A program made the position numbers and the translations under genes. Positions 16,722 to 25,219 of a DNA stretch of 64,000 nt are shown piece after piece. The notes beneath the pieces are model-generated. The model searched no databases, was not told where the DNA came from, and saw only the letters and a list, made by a program, of their open reading frames with translations. Position 1 is the first letter of the stretch; each line of letters starts with the position of its first letter. The stretch comes from an uncultured Christensenellaceae bacterium (lineage in GTDB: Bacteria; Bacillota; Clostridia; Christensenellales; UBA3700), in assembly GCA_944381315.1 (NCBI GenBank), contig CALWKR010000031.1:410-64409 (forward strand), read 5' to 3'.

Positions 16722-17102
16722 ATGAAATCAGCTGTTTTGAAAAAATTGTGCGTCGGCACCCTGCTGTGCCTGATCGTGTTGCTGACAATGTTCGCTTGGA
16801 CAACGGTCTGCGTTGCGGAAGAAGCTCCGACAGAAGACGGCTCCGCCGCGACCGACCAAACCACCCCCTCGGATGAACCCGCCGACGAAGGCCTCGGCTT
16901 GCACTTCGACAAAGACAATGTCATCGCCTCCCTCAATATCATGTGGAAAGGCGTGCTCGCTATCTTCATCACGATCGCGATCATCATCGTCGTCTCTGTC
17001 GTCATGAACAAGGCGTGCAACGCCGCATCCGAATCTATCAAAAAGCGTCAAAAGAAGATAGAGGACGATCTGAGGAACAACAATACGGACGGTCAGTCCT
17101 GA
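16722..17102 (+). CDS. Small membrane protein, possibly OadG-like
   Basis: 126 aa. Signal/TM segment, an acidic Thr/Pro/Asp/Glu linker, then one TM (GVLAIFITIAIIIVVSVVMNKA) that resembles OadG-family helices. Starts 12 nt after oadB. Confidence 0.5.
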   Translation: MKSAVLKKLCVGTLLCLIVLLTMFAWTTVCVAEEAPTEDGSAATDQTTPSDEPADEGLGLHFDKDNVIASLNIMWKGVLAIFITIAIIIVVSVVMNKACNAASESIKKRQKKIEDDLRNNNTDGQS

Positions 17103-17136
17103 CGACTGCCGCAATTGCGGCGAGAAGACAAACAAT

Positions 17137-17167
17137 TTCCGACAGCGTCTTGCTGTCGGAATTTTTA
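17137..17167 (+). terminator. Rho-independent terminator after the oadB-like operon
   Basis: Stem TTCCGACAGC / GCTGTCGGAA, loop GTCTT, then T5. The same hairpin recurs at 12294, 17264 and 17392. Confidence 0.7.
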
Positions 17168-17391
17168 TGTGCAAAGCAGTTTTGAATCGATTTATAAATT
17201 GCATTAGACGGAGCAATGCTCACACTCTGCACCGCCATTGCGGGGAGGGAGTGAGCATAAAAATTCCGACGGCGTTTTGCTGTCGGAAGCTTTCTGTGCA
17301 AAGCAGTTTTGAATTGGTTAACTAATTTGCATTAGACGGAGCAATGCTCACACTCTGCACCGCCATTGCGGCGAGAGGGCAAGCAGAAAAA
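17137..17391. repeat. Two tandem 127-bp units
   Basis: Units start at 17137 and 17264, and a third starts at 17392 and continues into element copy 2. Each unit carries the TTCCGAC...GTCGGAA hairpin, GCATTAGACGGAGCAATGCTCACACTCTG, and a CACCGCCATTGCGG arm. Confidence 0.85.
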
Positions 17392-17701
17392 TTCCGACAG
17401 CTTTTTGCTGCCGGAAGCTTTCTGTGCAAAGCAGTTTTGAGCTGCGTATTTTGCATGTTTCGCTAGTCTTTACCACGCCGCGGAGAGTGGTGCAGATTTG
17501 CGCCGTACAAAAGCGAGGACGCGGCCAAGCGTATATGAAATACGTGACCGCGTCTAAGACTTGCAGTAAGGCGCTAAGATGCGCCGCTATACGCGGCGTG
17601 GCGAAGGTCAATACCCGTAGAAGGTCTTAGCGAGAGGTGCGACACAGTGTGAGGGCGAAAGACATAGCCAAAACCTTGCCCTCTCCCCGTCAATGGCGGT
17701 G
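17358..17701. repeat. Inverted-repeat-bounded ~345-bp element, copy 2
   Basis: Left arm CACCGCCATTGCGGCGAGAGGGCAAG (17358-17383) is complementary to right arm 17675-17701. The core matches copy 1. Confidence 0.8.
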
Positions 17702-17702
17702 C

Positions 17703-17747
17703 AAAAAAAAAGAAAGGGAGGTACAAGACCTTTGTCTAGCACCTCCC
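17703..17747 (-). terminator. Rho-independent terminator downstream of the aminotransferase gene
   Basis: Stem GGGAGGT (17716-17722) / ACCTCCC (17741-17747). On the minus strand it is followed by TTTCTTTTTTTTT. Confidence 0.6.
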
Positions 17748-17892
17748 TTCCTTTATATGATAAGGGGGAAAATTATGAGCTCGTTTGATTTACAGTCGCA
17801 TTATATCATCCCATCGAAGATCTGTCAACTGTTTTTTCAAAATTTTTCAAAAAATTTTTTGTTCCTCACTTCTTGCAAAAATGAGGAGCTGC

Positions 17893-19083
17893 TCACTCTT
17901 TGCCTTTTAGCTCGTTGACGAACTGCTCTATCCTGTCCATAGCCTTTTTGAGATCGGACAGCGAATAGGCATAGCTGATGCGAACGAAATCCTTGCCGCT
18001 CTCGCCGAACGCGCCTCCCGGGACGACGGCGACCTTCTTGCTCTCGATGAGCTTTTCGGCAAACTGCTCGCCGTCCATGCCCGTCGACGCGACGCACGGG
18101 AACACATAGAACGCCCCCTTGGGCTCAAAGCAAGTCAAGCCCATCTTGTTGAGTCTGTCCACCAAGAAACGGCGGCGCACATCGTACTCGTCGCGCATTT
18201 CTTCGACGGCGGCGAAGTTGTCCTCAAACGCAGATTTGAGCATTTGCAAGCCTGCGTATTGAGCGCTCGTCGGCGCGCACATGATTATGTATTGATGGAT
18301 CTTGAGCATTTGCTTTTCCACTTCGCGCGGAGCGCAGACAAAGCCAAGTCTCCAGCCCGTCATCGCGAACGCCTTGCTGAAACCATTGATGACGACGGTG
18401 CGCTCGCGCATCCCGTCGATCGAGGCTATGCTGACGTGGCGCTTGCCGCCGTAGGTGAGCTCGGCATAGATCTCGTCGGAGAGCACGAACAGATCGTGCT
18501 TTTTTACGATCTCGGCGATCGCGCGCAGCCTCTCTTCGGGCATGATCGCGCCGGTCGGGTTGTTGGGATAGGGCAAGATCAGCACCCTGGTCTTGGGCGT
18601 GATCGCGCTCTCCAACGCTTCGGGCGTGAGCTCGAACGAATTTTGCGCGCTGCAACGCGCGGCAACGGGGACGCCGCCGCACAGCTCTACGCTTGGGGCA
18701 TAGGACACATAGGACGGATCGGGAATGACGACTTCGTCTCCGTCCGAGACGAACGTGCGCAGCATCAGATAGATCGGCTCGCTGGCTCCGACGGTGACGA
18801 ACACTTCATCGTCGGGATCATATTGCAGCCCGAAGCGCACGGACATATAGCGTGAGATCTCCTCGCGGAGTTTGAGCAAGCCGCTGTTGGCGGTATAGTG
18901 CGTAAAGCCGCTTCGGATGCTGCGGATCGCCGCCTCGCGCGCCGTCCACGGCGTGTCAAAGTCGGGCTCGCCCACGCCGAGAGACACGACGTCCTTGTAG
19001 ATGGACGCGGCGTCGAAAAACTTCCTTATCCCCGACGGCTTGATGTGCTTGACCGTGTCGGTGAAATATTTTTCGTAATTCAT
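17893..19083 (-). CDS. Class I/II PLP-dependent aminotransferase (AlaT/AspC-like)
   Basis: 396 aa. PLP-lysine context NGFSKAFAMTGWRLG. ATGA overlap with the upstream Lrp-family gene. Confidence 0.9.
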   Translation of the reverse strand: MNYEKYFTDTVKHIKPSGIRKFFDAASIYKDVVSLGVGEPDFDTPWTAREAAIRSIRSGFTHYTANSGLLKLREEISRYMSVRFGLQYDPDDEVFVTVGASEPIYLMLRTFVSDGDEVVIPDPSYVSYAPSVELCGGVPVAARCSAQNSFELTPEALESAITPKTRVLILPYPNNPTGAIMPEERLRAIAEIVKKHDLFVLSDEIYAELTYGGKRHVSIASIDGMRERTVVINGFSKAFAMTGWRLGFVCAPREVEKQMLKIHQYIIMCAPTSAQYAGLQMLKSAFEDNFAAVEEMRDEYDVRRRFLVDRLNKMGLTCFEPKGAFYVFPCVASTGMDGEQFAEKLIESKKVAVVPGGAFGESGKDFVRISYAYSLSDLKKAMDRIEQFVNELKGKE

Positions 19084-19565
19084 ATGAGTTCTTCTCTCTT
19101 TTCTTCCGCTCTGTCCAAGATCACTCCCTCGTTCTTGTACTTCTTCAAGATGAAGTGCGTGGACGTGGAAGTGACGTCTTTGAGCACGGACAATTTTTCG
19201 GACACAAAGCGCGCGACTTCGCGCAGATTGCGTCCCTCGACGATCAGCGCAAGATCGTAGCTGCCGCTCATAAGATAGAGGTCTTTGACTTCTTCGTTCT
19301 TACAAATGCTGCGCGCGATCGAGTCAAAGCCGGCGCTCATCATCGGCGTGACTTTGACCTCTATCAGCGCGACGACTGCGTCCTCATCCGCCTTCTCGAT
19401 GTCGGTCAACACGGTGTAGCCGGAGATCACGCCGTCGTTCTCCATATCGGCGACGCGCTGCTCCACTTCCTTCTCGGTCATGCCTGCCGCCGCCGCGATC
19501 TGCGCCGCCGTGAAGCGGCTGTCCTGCTTCAAAATTTTGAGTATGGTCTCGTTTTTCTTGTCCAT
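19080..19565 (-). CDS. Lrp/AsnC-family transcriptional regulator
   Basis: 161 aa. N-terminal HTH (ILKILKQDSRFTAAQIAAAAGMTEKEV) and C-terminal RAM-like domain. SD GAGGAGGAA. Confidence 0.9.
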   Translation of the reverse strand: MDKKNETILKILKQDSRFTAAQIAAAAGMTEKEVEQRVADMENDGVISGYTVLTDIEKADEDAVVALIEVKVTPMMSAGFDSIARSICKNEEVKDLYLMSGSYDLALIVEGRNLREVARFVSEKLSVLKDVTSTSTHFILKKYKNEGVILDRAEEKREELI

Positions 19566-19574
19566 ATTTCCTCC

Positions 19575-21149
19575 TCAATCTGCCATCTCGAGGTATTCCT
19601 CATAAGTGGTCAGCTTGTCGAATGTCTTGGTGCCGTCGATCTCGATGATCCTGTTGGCGGTGGTCTGCATCAGCTCTTGGTCGTGCGACGAGAAGAGCAA
19701 GCAGCCCTTGTAGTTGATGAGCCCCTTGTTGAGCGCGGTGATCGCTTCGAGGTCGAGGTGGTTGGTCGGTTCGTCCATGATGAGAACGTTGCCTGCCGTC
19801 AGCATCGCGCGCGCGAGCATACAGCGCACCTTTTCGCCGCCGCTGAGCACTCCTGCGCTCTTCTTGACTTCGTCGCCCGAGAAGAGCATCCTGCCCAGCC
19901 AACTGCGAAGATACGTCTCGTCGTGGTCCTTGGACCAGCGATCTATCCACTGCACGAGGTTGAGTTTGCAGCCGTCGAAGAAAGAATCGAAGTTTTGGGG
20001 CAGATAGCCCGTCTTGACAGTCTTGCCCCAGACCACCTTGCCCGAATCGGGCTTTTCGACGCCTGCGAGAATGTCGAAGAGCATGGACACCTCGACGGAT
20101 CTCTCGCCGATGAACGCGATCTTTTCGCCCTTTTGGACGGTGAACGTCACGTCGTGGAAGAAGCCCTTCTTGGTCAAGCCCTCGACGGTCAGCACCTCTT
20201 TGCCGAGCTCTTGGTCAAACTCGAAATTGATGTACGGATACTTGCGCATAGACGGCTTGATGTCTTCGAGAGTGAGCTTTTCGAGCTCCTTCTTGCGCGA
20301 CGTCGCCTGGCGCGACTTGGAAGCGTTGGCGGCAAATCGCGCGATGAATTCTTGCAGCTCCTTGGCGCGCGCCTCAGCCTTCTTGTTGGCCTCTCTCGCC
20401 TGCTTTTGCAACAACTGGTTGGTCTCATACCAAAAGTCGTAGTTGCCGACATACATATTGATCTTGCCGTAATCGACGTCGCAGATGTGCGTGCACACCT
20501 TGTTGAGGAAGTGCCTGTTGTGCGACACGATGATCAGCGTATTCTTGAAATCGAGCAAGAACTTCTCGAGCCACATTACGCTCTTGGCGTCCAAATTGTT
20601 GGTCGGCTCGTCCAAGATCAGGATGTCGGGGTTGCCGAACAGCGCCTGAGCAAGCAAGATCTTGACCTTTTGCTTGGCGTCGAGCTCTCCCATCAGCTTG
20701 TCGTTATACTCCTCGCCGAATTTCAGCTCGTTGAGCAGTGACGCCGCCTCACTCTCCGCTTCCCAGCCGCCCAGCTCGGCGAATTCGTTCTCGAGTTCGC
20801 CTGCTCGCACGCCGTCCTCGTCCGAAAAATCGGGCTTGGCGTAGAGTGCGTCTTTCTCGTCCCATATCTGCATCAGACGCTTGTGCCCGAGCAAGACCGT
20901 GCGCATGACAGTGCAGTCGTCAAAGTCGTTTTGGTTTTGGTGCAAAACGCTGATGCGTTGTCCCTTGGTCACAGAGACGTGCCCTCTCGTCGGCTCGATC
21001 TCGCCCGAAAGGACTTTGAGGAATGTGGACTTGCCTGCGCCGTTGGCACCGATGATGCCGTAGCAGTTGCCCTCTGTGAATTTGAGGTTTACGTCCTCAA
21101 ACAGCTTTCTCCCGCCGAATTGAAGCGTAAGATCATTGACTTGGATCAT
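19575..21149 (-). CDS. ABC-F family ATPase (YbiT-like) with one degenerate ATP site
   Basis: 524 aa with two NBDs and no TMs. Walker A1 is GANGAGKST. The Walker A2 position reads GERSVEVSM. Signature 2 is LSGGEKVR. Both Walker B motifs are DEPTN. Confidence 0.9.
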   Translation of the reverse strand: MIQVNDLTLQFGGRKLFEDVNLKFTEGNCYGIIGANGAGKSTFLKVLSGEIEPTRGHVSVTKGQRISVLHQNQNDFDDCTVMRTVLLGHKRLMQIWDEKDALYAKPDFSDEDGVRAGELENEFAELGGWEAESEAASLLNELKFGEEYNDKLMGELDAKQKVKILLAQALFGNPDILILDEPTNNLDAKSVMWLEKFLLDFKNTLIIVSHNRHFLNKVCTHICDVDYGKINMYVGNYDFWYETNQLLQKQAREANKKAEARAKELQEFIARFAANASKSRQATSRKKELEKLTLEDIKPSMRKYPYINFEFDQELGKEVLTVEGLTKKGFFHDVTFTVQKGEKIAFIGERSVEVSMLFDILAGVEKPDSGKVVWGKTVKTGYLPQNFDSFFDGCKLNLVQWIDRWSKDHDETYLRSWLGRMLFSGDEVKKSAGVLSGGEKVRCMLARAMLTAGNVLIMDEPTNHLDLEAITALNKGLINYKGCLLFSSHDQELMQTTANRIIEIDGTKTFDKLTTYEEYLEMAD

Positions 21150-21182
21150 TATCTCTCCCGATGCGTTGCCGCATTCTTAGTG

Positions 21183-21632
21183 TCATTGTTCCGCCCTCAG
21201 CATCCCGACGCGGAACACCGCGTTGCGGAAAGTGAGAGAGCGCTCGCTGTTGTCCTTCTCGACAACAAAGCCTATCCATGCCGTGCCGTCTATCACGTCG
21301 CCGTCGTACAGCTCTATCCCGAGTCGATCGGCGGCTTGGGCGACGGACGCGTCTGCCTCGGCGCCGTCCAACTCAAACTCGTCGACGGGCGCGCCGCTCG
21401 CCGTGATCTTGAAAAACACGAATATATTGTCGCCGTCGCCGCTCGTCTTCATATCTTCGAGCGTCACCTTGACGTCTCCGTCGACGTACTCGTCGCCGAA
21501 GTCGAGATATACCTCGGCTTCGCACCTGTCGACCAAAAACATCACGCCTATCACGACGCCGATGACGACGACTGTCAGCAATATCAAAAGCCCGAATCTG
21601 AGCCGCTTTTTCTTTTTAGCGTCTTGAAGCAT
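21183..21632 (-). CDS. Hypothetical membrane-anchored protein
   Basis: 149 aa. Basic N-terminus plus one TM (LLILLTVVVIGVVIGVMFLV), then a beta-rich soluble domain. No family assigned. Confidence 0.5.
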   Translation of the reverse strand: MLQDAKKKKRLRFGLLILLTVVVIGVVIGVMFLVDRCEAEVYLDFGDEYVDGDVKVTLEDMKTSGDGDNIFVFFKITASGAPVDEFELDGAEADASVAQAADRLGIELYDGDVIDGTAWIGFVVEKDNSERSLTFRNAVFRVGMLRAEQ

Positions 21633-22899
21633 CGGCGATCCTCCGCGCTATCGCGGCGCATTCGTCGCGCAGCTGCTCGTAGTCCTCTCCCACGTCGATC
21701 GCGCCGTGGTCGAACACTATCTTGCCGCCCGACACCGTCATAAGCACGTTGTGCTTGCCTGCGGCGTAAACGACGTCGTTGAGCACGTCGTTGCCCGGCG
21801 ACATGTTGGGCGCGTGCAGATCGAGCATGACGAAGTCCGCATACGCACCGCGCGCGAGCCTGTCCGCCCCTTCAAAGCCGTAGACGCTCGCCGAAGTCGC
21901 CGCCGACAGCACATATTGCGCGCCCATTGCAGCCGCGTCGTTCGTCGCGTACTTTTGGAGCACTGCCGCGAGATAGGTCTCGCGGAACATATCGAGCGCG
22001 TTGTTGCTCGCCGCGCCGTCCGTGCCTATGCCGAGCGCGACTCCGCGCTCCTTCATCTTCGCAAGCGGAGCGATTCCGCTGGCGAGTTTCAGATTGCTGC
22101 ACGGGCAAGTCACCGCCGCGACGTGCGACGACGCCATGATGTCTATCTCTTCGTCGGTAGCGTGTACGCAATGGAAGCCGGCGCCGCCGTACTCGAACAG
22201 TCCCTTGGAATGCAGATAGGCGATCGGGGTCATCCCCGTCTGCTTGACGCAGGATCCTACCTCTCTGCGAGTCTCGCTCATGTGCGCGAACAGCGGCAAC
22301 CAGTGCCTGCGCTGCGCGTTGCGCACTGCGCCGAGAGTGTCGTCCGAGCAAGTGTATTGCGCATGGACAGACAGTCCATAACGAACACGGGCAGGAAAAT
22401 TCGAATAATATTCCACGCTCTCGTCGACGCGCTTTTCTATCTGCGAAGGCGTGCCGTCAAAGTTGAGGATGCCTTCCGTCACCGTCGCCGCAATGCCGCT
22501 GTCTACAAACGCGTCGGCGACTGCGCGCGTATGCCCGTACATCTCGCAGCAATAGGTCGTGCCGCCGCTGTAATATTCTGCGACGGCGAGCTTGGTCAGC
22601 TTGTAACAATCGTCGTCGGTCAGCTTTGCCTCCGCAGGGAAGACCTTGTCGGTCAGCCATTCTTGGAGCGGCAGATCTTCGGCATACGAACGCAAAAACA
22701 CCATCGGCGAATGCGTGTGCCCGTTCTTGAACGAAGGCATGATCAAATTGCCGCCGCAGTCTATCTCCCTGTCCCAATCGCGATAGTCCATCGTGGACAC
22801 GGGAGAGATATAGCTTATGCGGTCGCCCTCTGTGCGGAGCTCGCCGCGGAACAGCTTTTCGCCGTCCCAGATCAATGCGTTGAAGAATCTCAATTCCAT
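21616..22899 (-). CDS. mtaD: Amidohydrolase, 5-methylthioadenosine/S-adenosylhomocysteine deaminase-like
   Basis: Start placed at ATG 22899 (MELRFFNALIWDG), inside a 577-aa read-through ORF. HxH metal motif (NGHTHSPM). Length is about 427 aa. One-nt overlap with the punA stop. Confidence 0.8.
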   Translation of the reverse strand: MELRFFNALIWDGEKLFRGELRTEGDRISYISPVSTMDYRDWDREIDCGGNLIMPSFKNGHTHSPMVFLRSYAEDLPLQEWLTDKVFPAEAKLTDDDCYKLTKLAVAEYYSGGTTYCCEMYGHTRAVADAFVDSGIAATVTEGILNFDGTPSQIEKRVDESVEYYSNFPARVRYGLSVHAQYTCSDDTLGAVRNAQRRHWLPLFAHMSETRREVGSCVKQTGMTPIAYLHSKGLFEYGGAGFHCVHATDEEIDIMASSHVAAVTCPCSNLKLASGIAPLAKMKERGVALGIGTDGAASNNALDMFRETYLAAVLQKYATNDAAAMGAQYVLSAATSASVYGFEGADRLARGAYADFVMLDLHAPNMSPGNDVLNDVVYAAGKHNVLMTVSGGKIVFDHGAIDVGEDYEQLRDECAAIARRIADASRR

Positions 22900-23708
22900 C
22901 ACATATCTCCGACGACAGCCCTGAGCAATGCGCTCATCTTGCCGACGACGCGCTCGCTCTCGCGGTTGACGTCCTCGTGCGAAAGTGGCTTGCCCGCAAG
23001 TCCGCACGCCTTGTTGCTTATGAACGACAGCCCAAGCACTTTGGCGCCGATATGGCGCAGCGCGATCGTCTCGATCGCCGTGCTCATGCCGACGGCGTCC
23101 GCGCCCATGACGCGCGCCATACGCACTTCCGCCGCCGTCTCGAAAGACGGCCCCGTGAACTGTATGTAGACGCCCTTTTTCAGCTCGATCCCGCACCGCT
23201 TCGCCGAGGCGAACGCCTTGTCGATCAAACTCGGATCGTACGGCTCGGTCATGTCGGGGAAACGCGGGCCGAACTTGTCGTCGTTGGGTCCTATCAGCGG
23301 ATTGGGCGCAAGACAGATGTGGTCCGTGATCGCCATGATGTCTCCGCAATCAAGACTCTCCGCTATCCCTCCGGCGGCGTTGGTCAAGACAAACGTCTTG
23401 GCTCCGCTCAAAGCCGCTACCCTAACGGGAAGCACCGCCTCGGACGACGGATGTCCCTCATAGCAGTGTATCCTGCCCTGCAAGACCACGACGTCCTTGC
23501 CGCACATCCTGCCGAAGCTCATTGCGCCGCGATGCCCGTGCACGGTCGCCGACGGAAGTCCCAGCTCGCCGTAACCGATCGTGCAGACGGTCTCGTCCAA
23601 CGCGACGGCGCCGCCGAGTCCGCTGCCGAGCACGATCGCGATCTCGGGAACAAAATCCGTCCTCTCCCTCAGCGATCCGAGCGCGCGAAGCGCCTCGTCG
23701 AACATCAT
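22899..23708 (-). CDS. punA: Purine nucleoside phosphorylase (PunA type)
   Basis: IAIVLGSGLGG N-terminal motif and PNP/MTAP fold blocks (GHRGAMSFG, VLTNAAGG, GPSFET). Start ATG 23708 forms an ATGA overlap with the pyrE stop. Confidence 0.85.
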   Translation of the reverse strand: MMFDEALRALGSLRERTDFVPEIAIVLGSGLGGAVALDETVCTIGYGELGLPSATVHGHRGAMSFGRMCGKDVVVLQGRIHCYEGHPSSEAVLPVRVAALSGAKTFVLTNAAGGIAESLDCGDIMAITDHICLAPNPLIGPNDDKFGPRFPDMTEPYDPSLIDKAFASAKRCGIELKKGVYIQFTGPSFETAAEVRMARVMGADAVGMSTAIETIALRHIGAKVLGLSFISNKACGLAGKPLSHEDVNRESERVVGKMSALLRAVVGDM

Positions 23709-24292
23709 TTGGCAAACACTCTCGAGCCGGGCTTGACCAGCTCTATCTTGCCCTCTTTGCACAGCGGGCAATCTTCGGGCTCGTAGGACGTGATGTCCAT
23801 ACTGATGAGGTTGACGAACTTGACGCCGAAGTCGACCTTGCCGTTGCTGCGATCGACGAGAGAGGCGACAGCCGCGACTTCGCCGCCGAGCTTGCGGACG
23901 AGAGCGATGACTTCTTTGACGGAACCGCCCGTCGTCACTACGTCTTCGGTGACAATGAAACGCGTGCCTGCCGCGAAGGAAAAGCCGCGGCGCAAAGTCA
24001 TCTCGCCGTTCTCTCTCTCGGCGAAGATGTTGGGCTTGCGCATCTGGCGCGCCACCTCATAGCCCATCAGGATGCCGCCGATCGCGGGCGAGATCACCAT
24101 GTCCGCCTCTACGCCTGCGGCGTTGAGTTTTTGGACGAGAGCGGCACACAGCTGCTCGCTGCACTCGGTGTCGACGAACACCTTTGCGCTCTGCATATAG
24201 GTGTCGGCGTGTCTGCCCGACGTGAGTTTGAAGTGTCCGTGCAGCACGGCGCCGCACTTGCGATAGATTTCCAAAGCCTGTTCTGTTGTCAT
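23705..24292 (-). CDS. pyrE: Orotate phosphoribosyltransferase
   Basis: 195 aa. PRPP-binding motif FIVTEDVVTTGGS. HFKLTSGRH N-terminal motif. Confidence 0.95.
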   Translation of the reverse strand: MTTEQALEIYRKCGAVLHGHFKLTSGRHADTYMQSAKVFVDTECSEQLCAALVQKLNAAGVEADMVISPAIGGILMGYEVARQMRKPNIFAERENGEMTLRRGFSFAAGTRFIVTEDVVTTGGSVKEVIALVRKLGGEVAAVASLVDRSNGKVDFGVKFVNLISMDITSYEPEDCPLCKEGKIELVKPGSRVFAK

Positions 24293-24310
24293 ATATTTCT
24301 CCTTTTGACC

Positions 24311-25219
24311 TCAGCCGTTGAGGATCAACGTTCCTACAAGGTCGTTTATGTCCATGTCTTGACGCGCGACATAGTCCGTGAGATCGCGCGCGATGTCGTA
24401 TGCCGCCGTGGGGACGGTGAAATTGGCTGTCCCGACCTGCACCGCTCTCGCGCCGCAGATCATAAATTCCAACACGTCGGTATAGCTCGTTATGCCGCCC
24501 AAGCCGATGATCGGGATCTTGACCGCATTGTAGCAATCCCATACCATTTTGAGCGCGACGGGCTTGACGCACGGGCCGCTGAGTCCGCCGTTGTTGTTGG
24601 CGAGAACGGGTCTGCGCGTCTTGTAGTTGACCGCCATGCCCGACAGCGTGTTGATCAGCGAAACGGCGGCGGCTCCGCCGGCTTCTGCCGCGCGCGCATT
24701 GTCGGCGATGTTGGCGACATTGGGCGACAGCTTGGTGATGACGGGCTTTTTGCACACGTTGACGACTGCGGCGGTGACTTTTTCTACGCTCGACGGCAGC
24801 ACGCCGAACGCCATGCCTCCCTCCTTGACGTTGGGACACGAGATGTTGAGCTCCACCATCTGCGCGTGCGCGTCGTTTATCCTCTCCCCGATCGCAATGT
24901 AGTCGTCAAGGGTGGAACCTGCGACATTGGCGATGACGACGACGTCCTCGTCGGCAAGCCTCTTGTCGTCTGTCGCAAGGAAGTGCTCTACGCCGGGATT
25001 TTGCAATCCCACCGCATTGAGCATGCCGCCGTAAGTCTCGGTCGCACGCGGCGGAGGGTTGCCCTGCTTGGGGCGTATCGTCAGTCCCTTCGTGCATATG
25101 CCGCCGAGTGCGGACAGCGGATAGAAGTGCGAATATTCTTCGCCGAATCCGAACGTGCCGCTGGCAGTGACGATCGGGTTCTTGAACTTGATCCCTGCTA
25201 TCTCTACGCAAGTGTTCAC
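24311..25219 (-). CDS. pyrD: Dihydroorotate dehydrogenase B, catalytic subunit
   Basis: GTG start at 25219 (VNTCVEIAGIKFKNPIVTASGTFGFG) forms a GTGA overlap with the pyrK stop. Class 1B DHOD blocks are present. The ORF-track 502-aa form is read-through. Confidence 0.9.
   Translation of the reverse strand: MNTCVEIAGIKFKNPIVTASGTFGFGEEYSHFYPLSALGGICTKGLTIRPKQGNPPPRATETYGGMLNAVGLQNPGVEHFLATDDKRLADEDVVVIANVAGSTLDDYIAIGERINDAHAQMVELNISCPNVKEGGMAFGVLPSSVEKVTAAVVNVCKKPVITKLSPNVANIADNARAAEAGGAAAVSLINTLSGMAVNYKTRRPVLANNNGGLSGPCVKPVALKMVWDCYNAVKIPIIGLGGITSYTDVLEFMICGARAVQVGTANFTVPTAAYDIARDLTDYVARQDMDINDLVGTLILNG

Noticed and set aside
17775-17918. 47-aa ORF with a good SD (GGGGGA) convergent with the aminotransferase 3' end
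   Set aside because: It is AT-rich low-complexity sequence (FFQNFSKNFLF) and overlaps the aminotransferase stop region and possible terminator sequence. No support exists beyond the SD. It is left as a possibility only.
21616-23349. N-terminal extensions of ORF-track entries (mtaD 577 aa, pyrD 502 aa, pyrC 527 aa, gerxC 692 aa, gerxB 664 aa, nanK 329 aa)
   Set aside because: The extensions read through the upstream gene in another frame. Homology-like sequence begins at internal ATG or GTG codons that form ATGA/GTGA overlaps with the upstream stop.
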